From Candidatus Abawacabacteria bacterium RBG_16_42_10 (GTDB taxonomy: Bacteria; Patescibacteriota; Gracilibacteria; RBG-16-42-10), in the NCBI GenBank assembly GCA_001773455.1, contig MEWR01000023.1, positions 50,485-96,838 on the forward strand: a stretch of DNA of 46,354 nt. The letters run 5' to 3'. Shown piece by piece: positions 9,597-15,478 of the stretch. The notes under the pieces were generated by a model. That model ran no database searches, was not told where the DNA came from, and was given only the letters and a program-made list of their open reading frames with translations. Positions within the stretch are counted from its first letter, which is position 1, and every line of letters starts with the position of its first letter. Made by a program: the position numbers and the translations under genes.

Positions 9597-9839
9597 TTAG
9601 ACCACCAACTTTATCAATGCAACTATACCAATAATGCCCCAGAGAATATTAAGGAACATAGGTTGGTAATTCTTCTTCATATAACTGACAGTTACAATAC
9701 CAATGGCCCCTGTGGTATTGAGAAGTTGATACCAAATATTTGTCACTGAAATGATTGAAAAACTATTCAGGAAATAGGCGCTAATGATAGCAATTGCTCC
9801 ATACCATCCGATTATTTCAATGAAAGTATTTTTATGCAT
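9597..9839 (-). CDS. Small three-TM membrane protein (80 aa)
   Basis: Three hydrophobic segments. Size and shape recall SemiSWEET/PQ-loop-like or CBU_0592-like small membrane proteins, but I cannot assign it firmly. Confidence 0.5.
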   Translation of the reverse strand: MHKNTFIEIIGWYGAIAIISAYFLNSFSIISVTNIWYQLLNTTGAIGIVTVSYMKKNYQPMFLNILWGIIGIVALIKLVV

Positions 9840-9892
9840 TCTTTTTAGATAGGTTTTCTGATATTTTGATTCTGGAATTAACTAGATCATAG

Positions 9893-9923
9893 CGGGGTGT
9901 AGGTCGCCTCAGGCGACCGCCAC
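9893..9923 (+). repeat. 31-nt unit: tRNA-Pro nt 1-10 (CGGGGTGTAG) fused to the GC-rich hairpin GGTCGCC-TCA-GGCGACC plus GCCAC; left copy of an inverted pair
   Basis: CGGGGTGTAGGTCGCCTCAGGCGACCGCCAC. The reverse complement of 10782-10812 matches it at 30 of 31 nt. Confidence 0.85.
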
Positions 9924-9936
9924 GTCTTGGGACTGA

Positions 9937-10176
9937 TTATGTCACATGTCTATCTAACCACTCTCTTCCCTTTCCACTTTTCAGGAATTTTTCTCTTTTT
10001 ATTGCTTCATTTCTTGTCTCATATTTTTCCGAATATTCCATAATAAAGGGAATTTGGAATCTAATTGACTTTGTAAATCCTGAATTATGTTCCTTTAGTC
10101 TACGAGTTAAATTGTTTGTATGTCCAATGTATCGATATCTGGTTTTCTGACTTCTTAACACATATACAAAGTACAT
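9937..10176 (-). CDS. GIY-YIG nuclease family protein (79 aa, Uri domain only)
   Basis: MYFVYVLRSQKTRYRYIGHTNNLTRRLKEHNSG...YETRNEAIKREKFLKSGKG carries the GIY/YIG, R, H and E/N motifs. The ATG lies 16 nt after the CCA end of tRNA-Pro(GGG). The 133-aa version in the ORF track reads through the tRNA and is an artefact. Confidence 0.8.
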   Translation of the reverse strand: MYFVYVLRSQKTRYRYIGHTNNLTRRLKEHNSGFTKSIRFQIPFIMEYSEKYETRNEAIKREKFLKSGKGREWLDRHVT

Positions 10177-10192
10177 AACAAAAGAAGTTATA

Positions 10193-10269
10193 TGGTCGGG
10201 GTGACAGGACTTGAACCTGCGACCTCTTGCACCCCATGCAAGCGCGCTAGCCAACTGCGCTACACCCCG
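10193..10269 (-). tRNA. tRNA-Pro (anticodon GGG), copy 1
   Basis: Minus strand: CGGGGTG-TA-GCGC-AGTTGGCTA-GCGC-G-CTTGC-ATGGGGT-GCAAG-AGGTC-GCAGG-TTCAAGT-CCTGT-CACCCCG-ACCA. Full cloverleaf, G37, encoded CCA. Confidence 0.9.
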
Positions 10270-10316
10270 GAAAACCGAAAGAAATCTATCACACAAATTA
10301 CCAGCTTGCACCCCAT

Positions 10317-10333
10317 GGTCGCCTGAGGCGACC
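10317..10333. repeat. GC-rich hairpin GGTCGCC-TGA-GGCGACC (copy 2)
   Basis: 17-nt palindrome at the junction of the two 211-bp units. On the minus strand it is followed by ATGGGGTGCAAG, the tRNA-Pro anticodon loop plus 3' stem strand. Confidence 0.85.
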
Positions 10334-10387
10334 TCCAATGTATCGATATCTGGTTTTCTGACTTCTTAACACATATACAAAGTACAT
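10334..10387 (-). pseudogene. 5' stump of the GIY-YIG gene (18 codons) created by the tandem duplication
   Basis: ATGTACTTTGTATATGTGTTAAGAAGTCAGAAAACCAGATATCGATACATTGGA is identical to the start of 9937-10176, then runs into the hairpin. Confidence 0.8.
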
Positions 10388-10403
10388 AACAAAAGAAGTT
10401 ATA

Positions 10404-10480
10404 TGGTCGGGGTGACAGGACTTGAACCTGCGACCTCTTGCACCCCATGCAAGCGCGCTAGCCAACTGCGCTACACCCCG
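10404..10480 (-). tRNA. tRNA-Pro (anticodon GGG), copy 2, identical to copy 1
   Basis: Same 77-nt sequence as 10193-10269, offset by 211 bp. Confidence 0.9.
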
Positions 10481-10515
10481 GAAAACCGAAAGAAATCTAT
10501 CACACAAATTACCAG

Positions 10516-10568
10516 CTTGCACCCCATGGTCGCCTGAGGCGACCGCTAGCCAACTGCGCTACACCCCG
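10516..10568 (-). pseudogene. Disrupted tRNA-Pro(GGG): nt 1-24, then the 17-nt hairpin in place of about 8 nt (D-stem end plus 5' anticodon-stem strand), then anticodon loop and 3' stem, then unrelated sequence
   Basis: Minus strand: CGGGGTGTAGCGCAGTTGGCTAGC-GGTCGCCTCAGGCGACC-ATGGGGTGCAAG-CTGGTAA. Preceded by the same GTTAGATT promoter-like box seen upstream of the other Pro genes. Confidence 0.8.
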
Positions 10569-10645
10569 AGACTTGGAGAATCTAACATATCTTATTCCTT
10601 GAGTTTATTCAGAGGTCGAGGTGAGGGTTATATTTTCACTGCCAT

Positions 10646-10674
10646 TCAAAACTTCGATGGCCCGCCATCCGAAG
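10646..10674 (-). terminator. Rho-independent terminator after tRNA-Pro(CGG)
   Basis: Minus strand: CTTCGGATGGC-GG-GCCATCGAAG followed by TTTTGA. Confidence 0.6.
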
Positions 10675-10687
10675 CCTTGGCGTAGGA

Positions 10688-10764
10688 TGGTCGGGGTGAT
10701 CCGATTCGAACGGACGACCTCCACGTCCCGAACGTGGCGCGCTAGCCAGCTGCGCTACACCCCG
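10688..10764 (-). tRNA. tRNA-Pro (anticodon CGG)
   Basis: CGGGGTG-TA-GCGC-AGCTGGCTA-GCGC-G-CCACG-TTCGGGA-CGTGG-AGGTC-GTCCG-TTCGAAT-CGGAT-CACCCCG-ACCA. Confidence 0.9.
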
Positions 10765-10781
10765 ATGATACCGATTAAACT

Positions 10782-10812
10782 GTGGCGGTCGCCTGAGGCG
10801 ACCTACATCCCG
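10782..10812 (-). repeat. 31-nt unit (tRNA-Pro-like nt 1-10 CGGGATGTAG + hairpin + GCCAC); right copy of the inverted pair, sitting in the leader of tRNA-Pro(CGG)
   Basis: Minus strand: CGGGATGTAGGTCGCCTCAGGCGACCGCCAC, preceded by GTTAGATTTTTGGAGGTTTTT (promoter-like box). Confidence 0.85.
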
Positions 10813-10947
10813 AAAAACCTCCAAAAATCTAACATATCTTACTCTTCACCTCCATCTGCATTTTTTCTTAAAATTTATTTAAGATGAAGATGGAGGGATA
10901 AGAATGTTGATCTAAGTGATCTGACTGGAACAATGCCAGTAAAAACT

Positions 10948-11208
10948 TTACTTTTTCTTAATTGACCAATTATACACTGTAGCGAGTAACCAACCTGCTA
11001 TTGCTCCACCGATAACGGCACAAAGTAAAACGCCAACGACTGCCTTTGGATCGAGTGGGGAAATATTATAGAGAAGACCAACGACGGATGGTTGGGCCAT
11101 GAGTCCGTGCCAAATAAGATGAACAAGCCAACCAAGGAAGCCTAAAACTGCCCCAGTCATCGCCAAGCCATTGGCGCTCAATGGATGATATGAATCATTA
11201 CCAAACAT
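10948..11208 (-). CDS. Small membrane protein (86 aa)
   Basis: Two to three hydrophobic helices (GAVLGFLGWLVHLIW, VVGVLLCAVIGGAIAGWLLA). Confidence 0.5.
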   Translation of the reverse strand: MFGNDSYHPLSANGLAMTGAVLGFLGWLVHLIWHGLMAQPSVVGLLYNISPLDPKAVVGVLLCAVIGGAIAGWLLATVYNWSIKKK

Positions 11209-11315
11209 AGAAAATGGTTAATTGTAGCCTTAGATTATGTCTAGCACACAAGAGTAAACAAGGTGTTGTCGGTACTATGACTGGCAACATACGTGATTTG
11301 CGTTGAAATGCCGTA

Positions 11316-11546
11316 TTACTTTTTGCTCAATAATCTGCTACCAAAGACGGTAACAATAACGACTATAGTGGTAATAATACCAGCATAACCGAATTTAGCC
11401 CATACAGAACTTGTTTCCAAAGGAAAGACGTATTTAATCAATGACTGAAAGGCATCGTTCCAAGCAAAAGCTGTTACTACTCCAAGAGAGGCAAAGATAG
11501 TTGCAGTAAGCGGAAACGATTGTGTCTTACAGGCATAAATGGGAAT
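11316..11546 (-). CDS. Possible small 2-TM protein (about 75 aa) without a canonical start codon
   Basis: Own translation: (I)PIYACKTQSFPLTATIFASLGVVTAFAWNDAFQSLIKYVFPLETSSVWAKFGYAGIITTIVVIVTVFGSRLLSKK*. The frame opens directly after a TAA, and the first plausible codon is ATT. The AWNDAF motif recalls a conserved ~80-aa family that I remember as DUF5654, without certainty. Confidence 0.35.
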   Translation of the reverse strand: MPIYACKTQSFPLTATIFASLGVVTAFAWNDAFQSLIKYVFPLETSSVWAKFGYAGIITTIVVIVTVFGSRLLSKK

Positions 11547-12412
11547 TAATTAACTACAACGATGCTACCGAGCATATTTTGGGGAACATGCGCTGAACAA
11601 TGATAATTGTATTGCCCTGGGATTTGAAAAGTAGTGGAGAAAGATTCTCCTGATGCTACTTCTCGGGAATTCTGTTCTGGGAAATAGGTATGTTCAGGAT
11701 GAGTCTCTGTATTTACAAAATGTCCGAATGAACCTTCATTGCTCCAGGTGACTTTTGTTCCTGGGGAAATAATGATCTGCCTTGGCTCGAAGTTAAAATC
11801 CTTCATCGAAACAGTAACAGATGTTTGATTTCTCATGTCAGTATAAACAGTTTTTTTGCTGCTATCGATGGCAAATGAAAATTCTCCATCGTGACATGAT
11901 TTGTCTGGCCAACAGGCATAATAAGTGACCTTATAAAGACCATCAAGCATACCAGACTTTAGAGCAATCTTGAGCACAGTATTGTTGTCTTCAATAACAA
12001 CATTTCCATCAGTCCATTCCTTATTATCCGTTGAAGTCACTGATATTTTGCTGCCGACCGCAACGTCGAAGTTAAAGTTTATAGTAATGTTGATTGGTTG
12101 TGCTGCATAAATTTCTTCATGTAATGGTGTGGAATCTACAAAGTGTGGAGACTTTAATTGTTTGTCGAAGGAAAAAGTAAGAGGTACAGGAAAAGGTGAT
12201 GACGTAGGCGGCACAATTAATTGTGCCGGGGCTGTGGTAGATGGAGATGAAGGAGGAGGGAAAAGGGGCGAAGTAGGCGCCGCAAAATCTTGCGGCGGTA
12301 CCAGTGTAGATGAAGATGGAGAAACGGGCGTAGTCAATGCAGGCGTAGATATAGAAAAATCACAGGCACTTACAAAGAGAACAGCAACAACAAGCAAAGA
12401 AAGTTTTTTCAT
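11546..12412 (-). CDS. Lipoprotein with a CopC-like domain fused to a blue-copper cupredoxin domain
   Basis: Lipobox LFVSAC and a Pro/Ser linker. CopC-like segment (KISVTSTDNKEW...YKVTYYACWPDKSCHDGEFSFAI). Cupredoxin ligands are H (GHFVN) and C-x2-H-x5-M (YHCSAHVPQNMLGSIVV). Confidence 0.75.
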   Translation of the reverse strand: MKKLSLLVVAVLFVSACDFSISTPALTTPVSPSSSTLVPPQDFAAPTSPLFPPPSSPSTTAPAQLIVPPTSSPFPVPLTFSFDKQLKSPHFVDSTPLHEEIYAAQPINITINFNFDVAVGSKISVTSTDNKEWTDGNVVIEDNNTVLKIALKSGMLDGLYKVTYYACWPDKSCHDGEFSFAIDSSKKTVYTDMRNQTSVTVSMKDFNFEPRQIIISPGTKVTWSNEGSFGHFVNTETHPEHTYFPEQNSREVASGESFSTTFQIPGQYNYHCSAHVPQNMLGSIVVVN

Positions 12413-12432
12413 GGGGGAAAATGAATGATATA

Positions 12433-13113
12433 TTAGCCGGCTAAATATAAAAGTGTCAGGACAAAATCGACTGGTTTAGCAATGAGATATTGTAAAAGAG
12501 GAATGTTTAGAAAATTGCTAAAAATGATGACAGAGAATAGTGCTATTGGGCCGTTAACCTCTAACCATTCTGAGACATTAGCTAGACGATGACCAAGAAC
12601 TAAAAAGAGTACTTTTGATCCATCAAGCGGGGGAATAGGAATCAAATTGAATATCATCAAGACAATATTTAGGGAAATGGTGAATGCCAGAAAGGTGGTG
12701 AGAAAATCAGTAAGTGGCCCACTGAAGAGCGGTAGTATGTGTTTCATGGGGATGACCAAGATGGCTGCAGTGACCAGATTGGAAAGTGGACCTGCAAGCG
12801 AGATTAATGCCTGATCGCGAAGAGGATGAGCCAGATTGCGAGGATTCACTGGTACAGGTTTACCCCACCCAAAACGTACAAGAAACAGCAAAATAGTTCC
12901 CAATGGATCGAGATGTTTAAGTGGATTGAGTGTCAATCTGCCAGCAAATTTGGCTGTAGGATCTCCTAAAGCATACGCAGCGGCAGCATGTGCACATTCA
13001 TGTACGCTGATAGCGACAAAAAAAGCTAAAACGATCGCCAGAAATTCTAAAATAAGTTCCATGAATTCATATAAAACTGATGCTACTATAAACGATACAC
13101 TTGCTTGTGTCAT
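12433..13113 (-). CDS. Site-2 protease family (M50) membrane metalloprotease
   Basis: HECAHAAAAYALGD (HExxH) and NLIPIPPLDGSKV motifs, multiple TM helices. Confidence 0.8.
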   Translation of the reverse strand: MTQASVSFIVASVLYEFMELILEFLAIVLAFFVAISVHECAHAAAAYALGDPTAKFAGRLTLNPLKHLDPLGTILLFLVRFGWGKPVPVNPRNLAHPLRDQALISLAGPLSNLVTAAILVIPMKHILPLFSGPLTDFLTTFLAFTISLNIVLMIFNLIPIPPLDGSKVLFLVLGHRLANVSEWLEVNGPIALFSVIIFSNFLNIPLLQYLIAKPVDFVLTLLYLAG

Positions 13114-13170
13114 GCCTATGCAATGCAGGTGAGAGGTGGACTTCGTAGGTGAGAGGGAGAGTCCAGTTAA

Positions 13171-14697
13171 TTACAACTCTCTAATCACTCTGATCTTTGC
13201 ACCAAGTTTGTTTAAGCGTTCGGCGATTTCTTCATAGCCGCGATTGATAGAATAGACGTTTCGTAATATTGATTTGCCTGGTGCAGCCAACATACCAATA
13301 AGAATGATCATAGCTGGACGAAGTGCAGGCGGACAAACTACTTGGGCCGGACGGAGTGGTGTTGGTCCTTCGACAAAGACTCGATGAGGATCAGCCAAAA
13401 TCATATTGGCATTGAGCTTGGTAAGTTCCATGAAATAAATAGCTCGGTTCTCAAATGTCCAATCATGGATAAGCGTCGTGCCTTGTACCTGAGTGGCAAT
13501 CGGTACAAAGAAAGGGAGATTGTCCATATTAATACCCGGATAAGGGCGACCATAGATTTTGTCATCAAGAGCTTTGAGTTTGGAAGGGAAAACCTCAATG
13601 TCTACTAGCTTTGTAAATCCGTTTTCCGATATATATATCTTTGAACGTTTAAATTTGAGTCCCATTCTTTTCAGTTTGTAAAGTTCCAATTCCAAGAAAT
13701 CTATCGGTGCACGACGAATAGTCAGTTGAGATTGGGTTGTGATAGCAGCACTCAGAAACATCATTGCCTCGATAGGATCTTCGCTGTTGAAATACTCGAC
13801 AGTTTTATTGATTTCTGGAATACCATGAATTGTCATAGTGGTTGTACCAACGCCATCTATTCTGACGCCCATTTTTTGCAAGAATCCACAGACTTCTTGC
13901 ACCATATAATTCGGAGAAGCAAATTTGATCGTCGTTTTCCCCGGAATTTTAGCTGCCGCCATCAGTAAATTTTCACATGCAGTATCTCCGGATTCATACA
14001 TAACTATTTCAGAGGGATGAGTTTTCTTCACACTCACTTCATAATCATCGCGAGTGACTTTGATTTTGACTCCCATTTCCTCAAGACCGAAGAGGTGGGC
14101 GGCGACAGTTCTTTTGCCCAATTTACAACCGGAAGCATGAGGTAATTTGAATTCATTTAAAAGGTGAATCATTGGGCCCATAAGCATAATCACTGATCGA
14201 GTCTTGATCGCTGAAGCAGAATTCATAGTTTCTAAAGACAACTTGGCTGGTGGAATAATCTCTAAAGAATTCTGACTAATCCACCTCATGCTGACACCAA
14301 TGCTGGTCAGGACTTCCATCATGCGATTAACCTCTTCAATCCGAGGAATATTGTGCAAAATGGTTTTGCCTTTGTTGAGGAGAGATGCGCACAATAGTCC
14401 CATAGCACCATTTTTTGATGCGTTGGTGTCGATTGCACCAGAAAGTTTGTGTCCGCCTTCTATTTCGAAGTCCATATAACCCTCAGAAAGCACCATGATC
14501 TTCCGATTGAGTGCCTCACTAATACGAGCTAACATATCAGTTGTGAGATTTTGTTCACCCTTTTCTATTCGAGCAATTGCGCTTTGGCTAGTTTTTAAAT
14601 TCTTAGCAAATTCTTCTTGAGTCAAGCCTCTTAGCTCACGTAATTCACGAATAAAGAGACCGATCTTCATCTGTTCTGACTGAATCTGTATTGGCAT
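13171..14697 (-). CDS. murA: UDP-N-acetylglucosamine 1-carboxyvinyltransferase with an N-terminal XRE-type HTH domain (fusion)
   Basis: N-terminus MKIGLFIRELRELRGLTQEEFAKNLKTSQSAIARIEKGEQNLTTDMLARISEAL is an XRE HTH. The rest is MurA-like (GGHKLSGAIDTNASKNGAMGLLCASLL, PHASGCKLGKRTV with the catalytic Cys, C-terminal RGYEEIAERLNKLGA). The likely true start is M10, at 14670. Confidence 0.85.
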   Translation of the reverse strand: MPIQIQSEQMKIGLFIRELRELRGLTQEEFAKNLKTSQSAIARIEKGEQNLTTDMLARISEALNRKIMVLSEGYMDFEIEGGHKLSGAIDTNASKNGAMGLLCASLLNKGKTILHNIPRIEEVNRMMEVLTSIGVSMRWISQNSLEIIPPAKLSLETMNSASAIKTRSVIMLMGPMIHLLNEFKLPHASGCKLGKRTVAAHLFGLEEMGVKIKVTRDDYEVSVKKTHPSEIVMYESGDTACENLLMAAAKIPGKTTIKFASPNYMVQEVCGFLQKMGVRIDGVGTTTMTIHGIPEINKTVEYFNSEDPIEAMMFLSAAITTQSQLTIRRAPIDFLELELYKLKRMGLKFKRSKIYISENGFTKLVDIEVFPSKLKALDDKIYGRPYPGINMDNLPFFVPIATQVQGTTLIHDWTFENRAIYFMELTKLNANMILADPHRVFVEGPTPLRPAQVVCPPALRPAMIILIGMLAAPGKSILRNVYSINRGYEEIAERLNKLGAKIRVIREL

Positions 14698-14700
14698 TTG

Positions 14701-14732
14701 GTATGATTAAAGTCCAAAGATTAATATCATAC
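14701..14732. promoter_or_regulatory. Imperfect palindrome directly upstream of the HTH-murA start; candidate operator
   Basis: GTATGATTAA-N10-TTAATATCATAC. The arms are complementary apart from a 2-nt insertion. Confidence 0.3.
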
Positions 14733-14810
14733 ATGATATAACTTTTCAAATTAATATGTGTAGGTTATTGACATTATTGTCGATAAGGCGGAGAATGCAA
14801 TGAGTGAATA

Positions 14811-15191
14811 TTGATTACTATGACTTCTTGGAAAGCAAAATTCATTTTCGGACTCGCAAGCATCTTCACGTTTAGTTTGCTTTGCCCATCGCTGATGCAA
14901 CTTCCAAAAGTGCAGGCATCGCATGTGATGATGTCATGTAGTCAGAACATGCCTGAAGATGATAGTGCTCCCACTGATAATTCTCACTGTCAACAAAAGT
15001 ATAAAATATCAGGGGTTCAAGCTGAGAAAAGAGAGATAAAAGATATTGTCGAAAATATTACGATTCCTCCTTCTGTTATTTTCCACTTTGAATTGCCGTT
15101 TTTCGTAGAAAATGATTTCAATCTTATTGAAAATAAACGAGAGAAAATAGAGAGGAAAAATATCCATATACGCATACATAAAAAGGAGTGA
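14811..15191 (+). CDS. Hypothetical secreted protein (126 aa)
   Basis: N-terminal hydrophobic signal-like segment. Located upstream of the RND gene cluster. Confidence 0.4.
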   Translation: MITMTSWKAKFIFGLASIFTFSLLCPSLMQLPKVQASHVMMSCSQNMPEDDSAPTDNSHCQQKYKISGVQAEKREIKDIVENITIPPSVIFHFELPFFVENDFNLIENKREKIERKNIHIRIHKKE

Positions 15192-15265
15192 TATATATAA
15201 ATTAGTTCTTTGCCTGAAGATTTTTAGGCTTGTGCTTTTTTTTATATATTTATCACTTCTTTTTT

Positions 15266-15475
15266 ATGAAAAAATTTGTATTTATTTCTAGTTTGATAGC
15301 TCTTACTATTGGTTTGAGTGCATGTGGTGCGAATAGTAGTGGAAATGAGAATGATATTGCTAAAAAGTATGGTATTACAGTTGAACAATATCGGGAAATA
15401 AAGAAAGCTGCGGAAGGTATGGGCATGTCCGTGGAGAGCCATCTTGATTCTCTGGGATTTACCAGTAAGGAATAA
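15266..15475 (+). CDS. Small lipoprotein (69 aa)
   Basis: MKKFVFISSLIALTIGLSACG lipobox. Stops 3 nt before the RND gene. Confidence 0.55.
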   Translation: MKKFVFISSLIALTIGLSACGANSSGNENDIAKKYGITVEQYREIKKAAEGMGMSVESHLDSLGFTSKE

Positions 15476-15478
15476 TAT

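Larger units (their letters stand above)
10123..10544. repeat. Perfect tandem duplication, 2 x 211 bp (10123-10333 and 10334-10544)
   Basis: Base-by-base comparison shows both units to be identical. On the minus strand each unit holds the hairpin, ATGGGGTGCAAG, a 35-nt spacer, tRNA-Pro(GGG), a 16-nt spacer and the first 18 codons of GIY-YIG. Confidence 0.9.

Noticed and set aside
10317-10544. Regularly spaced identical palindromes (211-bp period) as a possible CRISPR array
   Set aside because: There are only two regularly spaced copies. The intervening 'spacers' are identical to each other and contain a tRNA gene. The repeat is 17 nt, and there are no cas genes.
10193-10568. Group I intron with a GIY-YIG homing endonuclease interrupting a tRNA
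   Set aside because: All three tRNA-Pro genes and the tRNA-fMet gene are continuous cloverleafs. The GIY-YIG genes lie after the CCA end, not in the anticodon loop of a functional gene. I see no P3-P7-like core elements in the short spacers.
9937-10887. ORF-track entries 9937-10338 (N-terminal extension), 10260-10448, 10298-10522, 10422-10685, 10621-10887 and 10636-10824
   Set aside because: They read through tRNA genes, tRNA stumps and the GC hairpins on either strand. Their open frames come from GC-rich structured RNA sequence. Only the 79-aa GIY-YIG core (9937-10176) has protein-like motifs.
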